DNA from: Eledone cirrhosa
Taxonomy: Eukaryota
Direction: 5' to 3'
DNA length: 64,000 nucleotides
Assembly (NCBI GenBank): GCA_964016885.1
Contig: OZ024752.1
Location: forward strand, 39,060,001-39,124,000
Below the pieces are notes generated by a model. That model worked only from the letters and a program-made list of their open reading frames with translations, was not told where the DNA came from and ran no database searches. Positions 43,007 to 57,113 of the stretch are shown here, piece by piece. Position 1 is the first letter of the stretch, and each line of letters begins with the position of its first letter. A program made the translations under genes and the position numbers.

Positions 43007-43774
43007 ATATATAAATGAACGGTATAGAAAGTATTGTAGCAAGAAGCCAACAGTATTCCATAATATATGTGACTATAGCGTCAAAATGGGAAAATAGTTA
43101 ACGTAAGATGTGGGAAAAATAGTTCAAATTCAATTCAAAAAGAATCAGGATATAGATTTATCCAACAGAATTTAGTGAAATCCAGGGAAAAAAAATATAT
43201 ATATATATATATATATGCGGGGGCGGAGTGTGTATATGTCTTTGGTAAAGCAAAATATATCGAATGTATTAAATTATGAGTTCAATATATAATAAACACT
43301 CAGAGTTTTATTTATTATTTATGCGTATGTCTGAAATATATTCATATCGGGTGATAAATATACGGAATTCTTAAAAAAAAATAATCCTCCACAACAAACA
43401 TGTTTTGAAAAAAATGTAATAACACAAAATGCTATAAAGCAGGTGATCCAACTGTCATGGCCTGTAGTTCTGAGAATTAAATCATTCTACAAGACTGTAC
43501 AAAGCAGTGAGATCTACCACAAGAAGAAAAAAATTCATTTCCGAAGACCAGAGGCCAAATTCTGTTTATGTCTTCATAAATATGAAGAAACAAAAAAAGA
43601 TAGAAAGATAGAAATATATATATATATATAGTAAGTATGTTTTGAAACAGTGAGCGAGTTTGAAATTAGAAAATATATAGCTTTCACCGTCAATACTCAT
43701 CTTTTTCCATTTATCTCAGGGTTCTAAACCCCGTTATCAAGCTAAAATTCCTTTAGTCAAAAATACGGTGAAAG

Positions 43775-43810
<36 letters not shown>

Positions 43811-44077
43811 GAAGTAATTCCGTCGGAAAGGTCCAGGAAAAAAGAGTGCTCTATGTAGGTTACATAGCTTATTAGTTATGTAATAAACAACATAAGATAA
43901 TTATTACATTTACCAGTGGTTTCTTGAAAGCAAACAAATCTGCTTTCAGTCATCAGAATGAAAAAATCCTGGTGTTTTTATTGAATGTGGATTTGAAAAC
44001 AAAAATATAAGAAATATGAAAGTGAGGCTGAATGAAGAAGAAAAAAAGATTATAAATATATAAGTATATAAACACAG

Positions 44078-44110
<33 letters not shown>

Positions 44111-44229
44111 CACGCACACATACATATATACACACACACACACACATAAAATTATAAAAATAAATAAAGATAAATAAACAAACATACACACTCGAGCGTG
44201 CGCATATACTAAAATAAGCAATCACACCA

Positions 44230-44282
<53 letters not shown>

Positions 44283-44524
44283 TGTTCTTCTGGTTTTATA
44301 ATTTCCCAATTTTTTTTTCCCAATAGAGAGAGAATCGGTTTCTAACATAGACACAAGACTCTCTCATTGGAATTTACACATCAACTAGGTAGATTATGTA
44401 TGCATGCATGTGTAGATATGGATGTTATTGTATGTGTGGATAAGTATGTTTTGAGTTGTATGTGTGCATGTGTATATGCTTTGTATCTGTACATGTGTAT
44501 ATGCAGTTATTAGATGCAATATTT

Positions 44525-45648
44525 TTTTCTAACTTGTTCTTTCTGTTCCCGTGAAGCCTAGCTTCTCAAGATTTGTATTGAGGCAGTTACTAACATACCC
44601 CAGTGCCCCAATAATCACAGGCATAAATCTGAAGGTGTAATCAGGGTGGAGTATCTGCAGATTTCTCATCAGTTCTGCATAAATATTCTCCTTTTCGCTA
44701 ATCTTTGATATTATATTGGCATCTGCTGGGCAGCTAATTACTGTGCATGCTTTCTGCTCCCTGTTCCATATCATAATATCTGGTCTGTTATGCTTGCATT
44801 TTATTGGGGTTTTTACTGGAACATTCCACCAGTACTCTTTCATATTATGTACATGGATGTCTTCCACATTGCTGTAGCTTTTAATGTGTTTATTATCGGG
44901 GCTATCTTTTTTACGAACTGCATTGTACAGTGTTTTGGCCACTACATCATGCCTCATAGGTAGATAGTACCGCGATGACATCTTTGGACAGCTGCTGATG
45001 ACATGGGTGATATCCTCGATGTTAGTTCTGCAGAGTCTGCACTTGTTATCACATCTAGGTGTTTTGCCTGCAGCCCTATCTCTTTTGTGAATCAGGTATT
45101 TCGTGTTAATCTCCTGTTCTTGGATTGCAAAAGCGTATCCTTCAAAGTGGGAGCCAATATAGCGGTTGTTGGTCCAAGATAGACTACTTTCCTTATCTAT
45201 ATTACTCTCTCTCTCTGGAGCTTCCTGGCAACATATCCATGCATGATTTTTTGCTGATAGGTATGCAGTTTTTCATCCATGGATTCACTGCGATACTGCT
45301 GAGTGACTTCCCTGGGTGTGAGTTTTTGATTATCACACAGGGAATATCTCTCGAGGAGTTCCTTCCCAACTCTCATGATCTTATCTGTTTCATGCAGATA
45401 GACTTGCTCGAGAGACGGGCTGCTACGCTTCGAGGTTCGTAGATGTTGTCGGAGAGATTTGATGCGACATTCAAATGTTGTCTGAACTGATGTTAGGCCT
45501 CTGCCTCCCTGCTTACGTTTCAAGTAAAGGCGGTCTATGTCACAGTTGATGTGGAAGTTTCCGGTGTTGCTTAGTATTTTTCGAGTTCTAACATCAACTG
45601 CTCGGGTTTCGTCTATCGTCCAATTGAGTATTCCAAACGTTGGTGTTA
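44525..45648 (-). mobile_element. R4/Dong-like LINE fragment (second family)
   Basis: FGILNW..DVRTRKIL..DIDRLYLKRKQGGRGL, then CRLC..HVISSC, MSSRYYLPMRHD, HNRPDIMIWN and PVIIGALG. The 5' break is at (TATG)n. Confidence 0.9.
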
Positions 45649-45717
45649 TGTGTATGTCTATGTATGTATGTATGTATGTATGTATGTATGTATGTATGTA
45701 TGTATGTATGTATGTAT

Positions 45718-45837
<120 letters not shown>

Positions 45838-45939
45838 TCGAGAATCGAAATCTCAGCCCACGAAATCACGAAACACAATCTTCGAAATGTGTGGCAGAGG
45901 GCTCAATAGTTTGGGTAAACCAGAGCTATATATATATAA

Positions 45940-46042
<103 letters not shown>

Positions 46043-46072
46043 AAAGAATAGAGGTGTAACACACAAGTTATG

Positions 46073-46226
46073 ATATATTGGTAAATGGAAAAGAAAATGC
46101 TGACAAATTGTTCACAGTGAAAAATAGTTTAATTAGGAATAAGTGAGAATTCTCACTTATTCCTAATTAAACTATTTTTCACTGTGAACAATTTGTCACC
46201 ATTTTCTTTTCCATTTACCAATATAT
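46073..46226. repeat. Zero-spacer palindrome, 77-bp arms
   Basis: Centred on GAATTC (46147-46152). An unfolded relative lies at ~25075-25146. Confidence 0.9.
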
Positions 46227-46259
46227 ATATATATATATTTATATATATGTACATATATA

Positions 46260-46354
<95 letters not shown>

Positions 46355-46461
46355 GTATACATATAAACAAAAAAAAAGGAACGATCGACTTTCGTCAAAT
46401 CGGACCGAGAGAACAATGTTTCCGTTGGTCTTTCCAATTGCTAATACTATCTATCGGTCGC

Positions 46462-46595
46462 AACTCCAGGTAGAAGGAGCAACGTGAAATAAAGTGTCTT
46501 GCTCAAGGACATAACGCATCGCCTGGTCCAGGAATCGAACTCACAACCTTACGATTGCGAATCCAATTCTCTAACCACTCAGCCACACGCCTTCA
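46462..46595 (-). mobile_element. tRNA-derived CORE-type SINE; related copy at 53895-54165 (-)
   Basis: GGCGTGTGGCTGAGTGGTTAGAG..GAGTTCGATTCC..GTCCTTGAGCAAGACACTT, a CORE-like domain. Confidence 0.75.
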
Positions 46596-46602
46596 CTACA
46601 TG

Positions 46603-46676
<74 letters not shown>

Positions 46677-46814
46677 CAAAAAGGTGACGTGGTTGCCTTA
46701 ACACCGTACGGCATAAAAATTCAGGCTGTTCAGTTTGTTTACAAACGAACAAAGCGGCGTTATAATAAGCGTCCGCTAAACTGATACGTGCATATATGTA
46801 TGTGTACCTGTATG

Positions 46815-46880
<66 letters not shown>

Positions 46881-46930
46881 TGCTACTGTACGTCTGTATA
46901 CATATGTGTATGTACGTATACACACATACT

Positions 46931-46989
<59 letters not shown>

Positions 46990-48456
46990 GTAAAGGGTGT
47001 AAGATATACGATGTCATTCACTATCAGGTAAACACTACCAAGTAGATGAAGCGTTATTAACAAACTCGAAACTGAGAGGTTTTCGACCAGATTTCTATTT
47101 CCATTTGAATTTATTTGCATTTACATCACTTACATCCATCCATTCCTATACTACAGATACCTTAACAAGTACCAGTAATGTACTGAGTAATTGCTCGCCT
47201 TGTGCCTAAAATAGAAACAATTATTGATTTAAAACAGCGGTGCGGTCTCCAACCTTTTTTATACCACGGACCGGCTTCATGCCAGACAATTTCTCCAAGG
47301 GCCGGTAGTTGCACATATATGTTATTTAAGTGCATTTCGATAAAGAGAGCAATAATAAAAAGAGCAATTTATTAAAGAAAAAGTGCATTGAGTCTATAAA
47401 TATTGAACATTATACAAATCTTTTAAAATTAAAGTCCAATATTCAATATATTTAGGCGGCGAATTGGCAGAGACGTTAAGACGTCTGATAGAATTCTTTA
47501 CGGTATTCATCACACCCCATTGCATCATTAATGTTATGTTGTCATCATTTGAACAAAACCTATCAGCTCCCGACAGAAGTAAAATACACTGAATAGACAT
47601 GGCCTGTACTGTGTTTAACTGGGTGTTGTGTTAAACAAATGGATTCCCTTAAGTACTAAAGTATGTGTGTTCGCTTCTAACAGAAGGTGTGTGTTTTTTT
47701 TCATGTTATAAAAACTCGAGAGATTCTTTGTTGTCTTCCCCGTCGCTGTTTATTCCTGTTATCAGTGTTTTTCAGTAACATAACAATGCATTTAACTTGT
47801 CATGTATTTTAATGTAAGTTAAATTCAATTGAGAAAATATAATTGTTTATTTTTATTGAAGTGGATATATATTCAAAGCCGGCGCTGCTATATAGGCAAA
47901 CTAGGCAGCTGTCGAGGGCACTGATTTCAGAGGGCGCATTTCTCCAAAACAACAACAATTTTGAAAAAAAAAGTAAATAAATAAATAAATAAATAAATAG
48001 ATGAATAAATAATAAAAAAAAAAAAAGATTTTCGCTCTCCATGGCTGAATACAATAAATGTAATCTGAGTTTTTCAGATATTAATAATAACATTCGATTC
48101 GTTTGCAATTATGCAAACAAGCTTCATAATTGCATAATTGCAAACGAATCGGTGGATTGGCAGTATCAGTAGAGGGTCGGAGGCCATGCTTTGCAGCAAA
48201 GAGTTACGGCCCTTTATGGTCTGAGTTCAAATCCTGTCGGGGTCAACTTTGCCTTTCATTCTTTCGAGGTCGATAAAAAAAGTACGAGTCCAGTAGAGGG
48301 GTTGATTCTTCCACTATAGAAAATAATCGCTGTGTTCAAACCTGGAGAGGGTTGGGCGTCGCCTGGTTTAAAAGTGCCCTAGACCCACCGTATGGTGGTG
48401 CCTCTATCACTTCACAAGGAGTTATGGGAGCTTTATCCTTTCTCTCTCTCTATATA

Positions 48457-48685
48457 TATTAAAATAACAGATTAAAGTTTAAGCAAAGAATCGCTGCTTT
48501 CACCCTTAATGGGATCTTCTGAAACAGTTTCAGAAGATCCCGTTAAGGGTGAAAGCAGCGATTCTTTACTTAAACTTTAATCTGTTATTTTAATAAATAT
48601 TTGCTCTACGGTTCTTACATATATTTGATATATATTTATCCTTATCGAGCCCTCTTTGGATTTTAGCCTTCAAATTTATTATTAT

Positions 48686-48690
<5 letters not shown>
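48457..48690 (+). mobile_element. Fold-back form of the 33705 PLE-tail family (69-bp arms plus tail)
   Basis: Palindrome centred at GAAAC-A-GTTTC (48526), immediately 5' of the CAGAAGA core. Confidence 0.8.
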
Positions 48691-48723
<33 letters not shown>

Positions 48724-48725
48724 AT

Positions 48726-49170
48726 ATCTAAGGCGGGTAAAATTCCCGAGATCCATGGACGAGTTCTCTCCAGCGGTCTCTGTCCCTCATTATCGCTGCC
48801 ATGTCCTGCGTCTCCAACAGACCAGTGTCTGTCCTTAGGGCATCAACATACGTTAACCTTGGTCTTCCTCTTCTAGTGAGATCGGTGTGGAAGTCGGACC
48901 TTCGTAGAGACCTGAAAGTCCGCCTCTTCATTGCTGTAGTGGAGTCTGTGCTGCTGTATGGGTCTGAGACTTGGACACTGACCAAGAAACTCACTCAGAT
49001 GGTGGATGGGTGCTACACGAGAATGTTGAGGATGGCTCTGAACATTAATCAGTATACACTGAGAATGAAAAACTCAGAGCTGTATGGGAGCATCCCAAAA
49101 GTCAGCTCAAAAGTGACACAGAGGAGACTGAGGTTAGCTGGACATGCTCACCGACATCCAGTGTTGACAT
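48726..49170. mobile_element. RTE LINE (family A) with a 5' inversion
   Basis: 48728-48877 is the 3' end on the minus strand. 48878-49168 is the upstream segment (VESVLLYGSETWTLTK..RHP) on the plus strand. Confidence 0.85.
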
Positions 49171-49527
49171 ATATATATGTACCAGTCCAGTACTGGGGTT
49201 GATTCTTCCTCTATAGAAAATAATCGCTGTGTTCAAACCTGGAGAGGGTTGGGCTTCGCCAGGTTTAAAAGTGCCCTAGACACGCCGTATGATGGTGCCT
49301 CTACGACTCTACAAAGAGTTATAGCATCTTTATCTTATCCTATTCAATTTATTTATTGTATAATTTTAAACAACTTAATTATTTCTTTGCGGGCCCGGTA
49401 ACAAAGGATCCGCCGACCAGTACAGGTCCGCGGCCCGGTGGTTGGGGACCTCTGATTTAAATGAAATGAAAGAGGTCTGAGCAACTAGAGAAATCTGATC
49501 CCAAACCGATACCGAAACTACATTATT

Positions 49528-49718
49528 GGCGGATTGGCAGTATCGGTAGAGGGTCGGACGCCATACTTTGCAGCATAGAGTTACGGCCCTTTTCATTCTG
49601 AGTTCAAATCCCGCCGAGGTTAAACTTTGCTTTTCATCCTTACGGGGTCGATAAAATAAAACACCAGTAATGCACTGGGGTAATTTCTGGCCTTGTGCCA
49701 ATAGTAGAAACAATTATT
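49528..49718 (+). mobile_element. tRNA-derived SINE
   Basis: Main family: A and B boxes plus tail. Confidence 0.9.
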
Positions 49719-50302
49719 TAGTGTTGACATGTCATCAACAACACATGTCTTGAGAAAATTACAATGATATCGAATTCTTTTGCCAAGGAAAAATATGATG
49801 CACAAAAATTGCCTAAATATTTTGGGAGAGAAGAATATTCCCACTGGATCTGGAAGCATAAATGAGATAGATAAGTGCCAATTAGGGCTCGAAACCGTAC
49901 CTAGGTACCGACTTGTTATAAGTTTACCTTTATATATTTATGTAACAGCAACTCGCCTCTAGTATTTATAATGATATTAACTCCTTATAACGTTTTTTTT
50001 TAATCAGTCATGTTTACTCTTGTCAGCATATCTATATAAAATGTGTTTATTGCATTTTATCCTCCGAGAATGGAACTCTCGATTTACTCAGCATGTAACA
50101 ACAAAATAACCACAGACTATTAAAGGACATAGAATTTGGATAAAAAAACAACCAAAAATACAATAACAACAAATAAACTAAACAAGCCCAAGTTTTTTTG
50201 AATGTAAGATCGGCATTATTTCTGTAGCTAAATGAAGGAAAATATAAATTCACCAACGCAGGTTCGGACACATAGACACACACACACACACATACATATA
50301 CA

Positions 50303-50379
<77 letters not shown>

Positions 50380-50380
50380 G

Positions 50381-50492
<112 letters not shown>

Positions 50493-50563
50493 CCAACTGA
50501 ATACAAATAGTCACACACACACACACTGACCAACTAAACACATACACACACACGTACACACCA

Positions 50564-50594
<31 letters not shown>

Positions 50595-50863
50595 ATCTCA
50601 TCTACAACACAGAAATACGCAACTGTATATATGTATGGATGATGCTATATATATATATATATATACATACATGTATGGAACCAATTGTGTGTGTGTGTGT
50701 GTATATATATATGTGTGTGTGAGTGTGTATATATATGTGTGTGTGTGTGTGTATATATACATATGTGTGTGTGTGTGAGTGTGTATATATATGTGTGTGT
50801 GTATATATACATGTGTGTGTGCGTATATGTGTGTGTGTATATATATATATGTGTGTGAGTGTG

Positions 50864-50988
<125 letters not shown>

Positions 50989-51072
50989 ATGTGTATGTGT
51001 ATGTGTGCCTGTGTATATATATATATATGTATATAACGGCGATGAATTAGTTTTGCGAGTATAACAATATAC

Positions 51073-51163
<91 letters not shown>

Positions 51164-51191
51164 TCTCAGAAGGTTATATTGCGTAAATGTT

Positions 51192-51243
<52 letters not shown>

Positions 51244-51528
51244 GTCAGACGGTTATATATTATATGTGTGTATATATATTATATAAAATACACATGCATG
51301 GAAACAATTTATATATATTCCACGGAAAAAAAACTATTCGTTTCTGCATTTCACATCCGCTCTGAACGAAATTATTTTCCATTATTGGGTCGTTTGACTT
51401 TATTACTACAGAACTTCGCACTTAACAAAATTAAGGTGACATCAAATATTTACAAAGTTTCACTGTCGGCAGAAGTTATTAGATTGCGGTAGACAAGACA
51501 TGCATTCTCAACGAAATTATACGCACAC

Positions 51529-51559
<31 letters not shown>

Positions 51560-51693
51560 CATACACCCACAAGCGCGCGCACACCCACGCGCACGCGCAC
51601 ACAAGGAGACGCGCGCGTGTGTGTGTGTGTGTGTGTGTACGGATCTAGCTGTCGAAACGGCCGGAGCTCAAATATAGTTTCCATTTATTTAAT

Positions 51694-51770
<77 letters not shown>

Positions 51771-51811
51771 GTATATATATGTATGTATATATATGTATAT
51801 ATGTATATATT

Positions 51812-51849
<38 letters not shown>

Positions 51850-51881
51850 TGTATATATATAGATGTATATATGTATATATT

Positions 51882-51911
<30 letters not shown>

Positions 51912-51916
<5 letters not shown>

Positions 51917-52477
51917 TAATAAGAGGAATTCCAACTTTGTCTGATTTACTCGTTTTATTTACAATCCTTTAAAATATATATAATGGTATTATAATGAAAT
52001 AGTATGATAGAATATTAAATTCTAAGTGTTAATTGAACAAGTACTTTCATGCTTTCGCAATCTTCAGGTTCATGATATGTGGTGACAGTCGAGTTTGCAA
52101 TTTTCAACTGTAATGAGATGGGTAAATTTCCTACCTTTTATACATTTTATACAGAGAAAAGTGGCTCCAGAATGCAAAGCCCTGTAAACTGTATTTCGAC
52201 CAATCAGTGTGTAGTTTCACTGAATTACTACAGCTGATTGGTTTAAGCGTCACGGCTGGTTGAGCATGCTAACGACCAATAGTCATACCCAACGTATCAA
52301 TTGTTTTGCTTTTTGAAATGATTGAAGATTGCGAAAGCATGAAAGTACTTGTTCAATTAACACTTAGAATTTAATATTCTATCATACTATTTCATTATAA
52401 TACCATTATATATATTTTAAAGGATTGTAAATAAAACGAATAAATCAGACAAAGTTGGAATTCCTCTTATTAATATA
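51912..52477. mobile_element. PLE-type inverted repeat: ~155-bp arms, ~256-bp spacer
   Basis: 51912-52066 mirrors 52323-52477. The inner boundary falls inside the hammerhead core (C|TGAAGA). Confidence 0.85.
52035..52071 (-). ncRNA. Minimal hammerhead ribozyme variant
   Basis: GAAC-CUGAAGA-U-UGC-GAAA-GCA-U-GAAA-GUAC-UU-GUUC. Stem I is GAAC/GUUC and AAGUACUU is palindromic. Confidence 0.7.
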
Positions 52478-52559
52478 ATCTTCTATACACAATCATACAC
52501 ACCCCTGTATATTTACCTATCTATATCTATATCTATATATATATGTGTGTCTGTGTGTG

Positions 52560-52612
<53 letters not shown>

Positions 52613-53149
52613 GCCAATTGTACTGACCACTACACGAAAGAGTCGCTGGCCACTAATTCCCTCTTTCGCCAGCCATCCGAGTGATGCAAGGGGTTCAAAT
52701 CCTCTTTGGAGCCTTTGTTAAATGTTTCTCGTCCCCAGGTGGTACTTTATATCCAATTTCCTCAACTCTTATTTATAGCGACCGACAACTAATTGTGTCA
52801 CTTGCGTTGGGAGGACTACATTTAACATTTAAAATTTTCCAATTACTTCCAAAGTCAACCGGTTGTTTGCATTCCTAGCTACAGGCTAAACATCTAAAAA
52901 GATGGAATTAAAGAGCAGTACCTTTGTTAATTCGAATGCTTATTGTATCTTTACTAATGGACAGATAGACTGTTGTAAACATTTGTGGTATTAGAGAAAG
53001 ACTTTAATGTTAAATCTAAGAGTATATTTTGTTATCTGAACCGGATTTGACATCCAGGAAAAAAACAAAACAAAAAACAAAAAACAAAAAACAAAAAAAC
53101 AAAAAACAAAAAACAAAAAAAAAATATTAGTATTTTGGAACCCACGGGG

Positions 53150-53353
53150 GTACTTAAATGGAACCCACGGGGAAGCAGACGGAGAGGGCGACCCAAAATG
53201 AACTGGCGCCAGACAGTTGAGAGGGACCTGCGAGCGACAAACAGACAATGGCGGGACGCTGTGCAACTGGCTGCTGACCGAAGGCGGTGGAACACTATGA
53301 TTGCCTCATGCATCGCAAGACGCGGGAGCTTCTGAATCTGAATCTGAATCTGA
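53150..53353 (+). mobile_element. RTE LINE 3' end (different family) with an (ATCTGA)n tail
   Basis: LKWNPRGSRRRGRPKMNWRQTVERDL..LAADRRRW, followed by TCTGAA repeats. Confidence 0.9.
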
Positions 53354-53467
53354 TCATGATTGGAATGATTTTGATCACAGGACTTCGATTAGGGTAGATT
53401 TATAGCTAAGCATCAATAAGTATATAAATGGTGTGTATGTACGTACTTTTATTAAGTTTTACATAAA

Positions 53468-53645
53468 TAACTGTTTCTACTTTTGGCACAAGGCCAGCAT
53501 TTACTCCAGTGTATTACTGCTAGTTTATTTTATCCACCCCGTAAGGATGAAAGGCAAAGTTAACCTCGGCGGGATTTGAACTCAGAATGGCAAGGGCCGT
53601 AACTCTTTGCTGCAAAGCATGGCGTCCGACCCTCTACCGATACCG
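53468..53645 (-). mobile_element. tRNA-derived SINE with TSD TTACATAAATAAC
   Basis: Reverse copy of the main family, with a flanking direct repeat. Confidence 0.85.
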
Positions 53646-54699
53646 AACATTACATAAATAACATTACAGATTGCTCACAATTCCTTCAGAATGAAAATAT
53701 AAACAGAAATATAAACACGTTGAACAAATACTATTAACTATTGTTAGGAATCTCACAAATGCAATGCACCAAAATACATGGGCAGAGTGAGAGAAAGAAA
53801 AAAAAAGGGAAACAAAAACAAAAATGATCATTAATTCATCATCTAGTTCAACAATTGGTCGCACATCACACCACAAGTCTGTCTTAAACCAGAAGGTTTG
53901 TTAGGCTGGTGCTTATCCCGGTTACATGGCGCGAAGCGACTGAGTATACAAGACCCCCCCCCCCCCCCCCACTGGACAGGACGCCAGTCCATCGCAGTGT
54001 TAAACCCCCCAGATATTGCTGGTACTTATTTACAGCTTAGTATACTGGAGCAACGTGAAATAAAGTGTTTGGCTCAAGAACTCAACACGCAACCTAGCCC
54101 AGGAATCGAATCCACGGCCTTATGATTGTAAGTCCAAAACACTTACCACTAGGCCACACGCTTCCACTTGGCTCAACGGAATATTTTGAGGCAAGCCAAC
54201 ACGCTGGCAGCATCAATATATAACCACATATACACAGTCTTGCATGAAGATGATATAATGGTCTCACCCTCATATCAGTCCTCCATATACAGCGGCACAA
54301 CAACTCCAACTCTACATTGACCGCCTACAAACTTGTGAGCCAACGAAGAAGAAGAAGCTTTTTTGGTGGGCGGGGAGGCAGTCAGTTGATCTGCTAACAA
54401 TAGCAGCCAAATTTGTCTCAAATAAAATCACACTCTTTTCAAAAAAAAAAAAAAAAAAAAATGGCGCATTAGATAGTCCTAGATGTACTTTGTTTGGAAT
54501 AATCGACAAAATCATCTCGGCTGCATGCTCTGTCAGAAATAAACAACAGCAGCAACAGCAGCAACAGCAACAGCAACAGTAGCAGCACCACCACCACCAC
54601 CACCACCACCACCACCAACAACAACAACAACCTCCAAACAAATACACTAAAAGTAGCACCTAGCCAATATCCCATCTCTGTTCTTATTGGCTACTCCAA

Positions 54700-54920
54700 A
54701 ACATGTCAGACGCAACCAACCATAACACTCGGTAGCACAAATAAATACACCTGAGATTCACAAAGAGAAAATGGCAAGAATTACCTACAACACCTATTAC
54801 AACATTGAAAACACACATGGGAAATACAGAGGAAACAAAGCAAACCAGTGCAGAAATACAGTAAGAGCACTCAAAAGAACGACATTTGGTCAATACAAAG
54901 AGATATTACTACAGTTGGTT
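54700..54920 (+). mobile_element. Decayed I/Jockey-group LINE RT C-terminal fragment
   Basis: ITYN..H..KANQCRNTVRALKRTTFGQYKEILL resembles the post-RT motif KA..R.N.L.AL.GT.FG..KE.L. Confidence 0.45.
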
Positions 54921-55204
54921 GACATTAAAAAAGAACAACGCTATTATACAAACAAAATATAAGATCCATCCATGAATTATAGCTGTTCTTCTTACGAACT
55001 TAATCTTTCTATAACAAAACTAGAAAGATAAGAAAATACCACTCTTCGCATCTTCATTATACTCACCAACTTCGATAACTACTTGTATTAACAGTTAGAA
55101 AATCTTCAGAAATCGAAAACTGGGGAAATCCATCACTATTTATTTTAAAGTTCAACAAATAGGATTATTCAGATCATCTATCGCCCTCAACTGCATACCA
55201 TTAG

Positions 55205-55238
55205 ACCATCAAATCTCTTATATATATATTTGATGGTT

Positions 55239-55302
<64 letters not shown>

Positions 55303-55640
55303 TTGATGGTTTGATATATATATATATATATTTGATGGTTTGATATATATATATATATATTTGATGGTTTGATATATATATATATATATTTGATGGTTTG
55401 ATATATATATATATATATATATTTGATGGTTTGATATATATATATATATTTGATGGTTGGATATATATATATAAGGGATTTGATGGTTTGATATATATAT
55501 ATATATTTGATGGTTTGATATATATATATATATTTGATGGTTTGATATATATATATATATATTTGATGGTTTGATATATATATATATATATATTTGATGG
55601 TTTGATATATATATATAAGGGATTTGATGGTTTGATATAT
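55205..55640. repeat. ATTTGATGGTTTG array with variable (AT)n spacers
   Basis: About 13 units. The unit is the reverse complement of the adjacent flank ACCATCAAATCTCTTATATA. Confidence 0.9.
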
Positions 55641-55655
55641 ATATATGTATATAAA

Positions 55656-55731
<76 letters not shown>

Positions 55732-56053
55732 ATATTAACAAATGGAAACTATATTTATAAAACCATATTTATTTCATTATACATATTTCAAGGACACCAA
55801 AGCAAATTATGGTGCGCTTTCATCAGATAAAATATAATATAGATCAGTTTTATAAACAAATATTGACATACCCTTAAAGAATGCGACCATGTCGGTTGGA
55901 AGCTCCCGGATAGTGGGGTTACTCATTTTATTATTGGTCTATTATGCAAATTAGTGTCGGAGAGGTTTAAATCCCAGTACATTAATTTGTTGAGTGCTTT
56001 ATATCAGTTATAAAATTATTTGCTTGTTGTATCCCAACAAATTAAATAGAACT

Positions 56054-56149
<96 letters not shown>

Positions 56150-56264
56150 AATATATATATAAACAAATAGTAAAAAGGAAAAAAATACAGTAGAAAATGG
56201 TGGAGGGATATTTTCAGTATAATATCAAAACATTTATTTATAAAGTAGGGATTTCCGCATTTAA

Positions 56265-56302
56265 TCGTGTACCGGTTTCAACATTATATGCTTTTTCAAC
56301 GA
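56265..56302 (-). ncRNA. Hammerhead-like variant with a UUGAAAA core
   Basis: UCG-UUGAAAA-AGCAU-AUA-AUGUU-GAAAC-CG-GUA-CACGA. A similar motif lies at 24990-25020 (+). Confidence 0.45.
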
Positions 56303-56909
56303 CGGAAGTGTAAAGTGCAGTTAAATTGCATATTTATACGAATAATAATAAAATGGAGAAGAAAAATTATTAGTTTTTACATACATATTTAGAGAGGAAA
56401 GTTCATATTTCTGTCCGAAGCTCTGTTTCGCTCTCTGCTAGTGTTGACCATCAGAGGTGGCACCGCCTTTACAGTGTGGACTGGGTGCTTTTTGTTCTGT
56501 CACCGACACAGTGGACAGAAACGGGATACATTCTATATGAAGAGATCTGCCGTGCTATAATAGATACACAAGAAAATCCAATCTTCACTATACGCTTTTA
56601 AGATATCTTCATATATAAATTAATAACAATCTGATAACACATTAGAAGTAAACAATACTTTTAAAATGAAAAAAAAAAAAAAAACGAATCCTCTGGACAT
56701 AATATCGCACACAGAAAGGTACACCTTTGTAATCCAGCATGTAATTACTACCAAATATCTTAACGAAAGTGGACTGGAATAACTTGAAGCTAGAAGCTAT
56801 CGCCATGAAAGAGGAACTCGGCATTGACGATATCTCGCATCAAAAGGAGCTAAAAAAAAAAAAAAAATCCTTAAAATAGTATATCCATATCATATCGAAT
56901 AATGGTTTC

Positions 56910-57113
56910 TTATATAGGAACAAGGCCAGCAATTTTGGGGGAGGGGAAAGTCGATTAAATCGACCCCAATGCGTGACTGGTACTTTATGTTATCGACCCC
57001 GTAAGGATGAAAGGCAAAGATAACCTCATTTGAACTCAGATCATAAAGGGGCGTAAATCTATGCTGCAAAGCATGGCGTCCGACCCTCTACCGATACTGT
57101 CAATCCACCACCC
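56910..57113 (-). mobile_element. tRNA-derived SINE with a 17-bp TSD
   Basis: ATATCATATCGAATAAT occurs on both sides. Confidence 0.9.

Larger units (their letters stand above)
47235..49454. mobile_element. hAT (Charlie-like) element swollen by nested insertions
   Basis: Ends CAGCGGTGCGGTCTCCAACC / GGTTGGGGACCTCTG, with an 8-bp TSD ATTTAAAA / ATTTAAAT. Confidence 0.7.

Noticed and set aside
56690-56850. Coding-looking stretch NILTKVDWNNLKLEAIAMKEELGIDD
   Set aside because: Short, with no recognisable family or splice sites. It needs a homology search.
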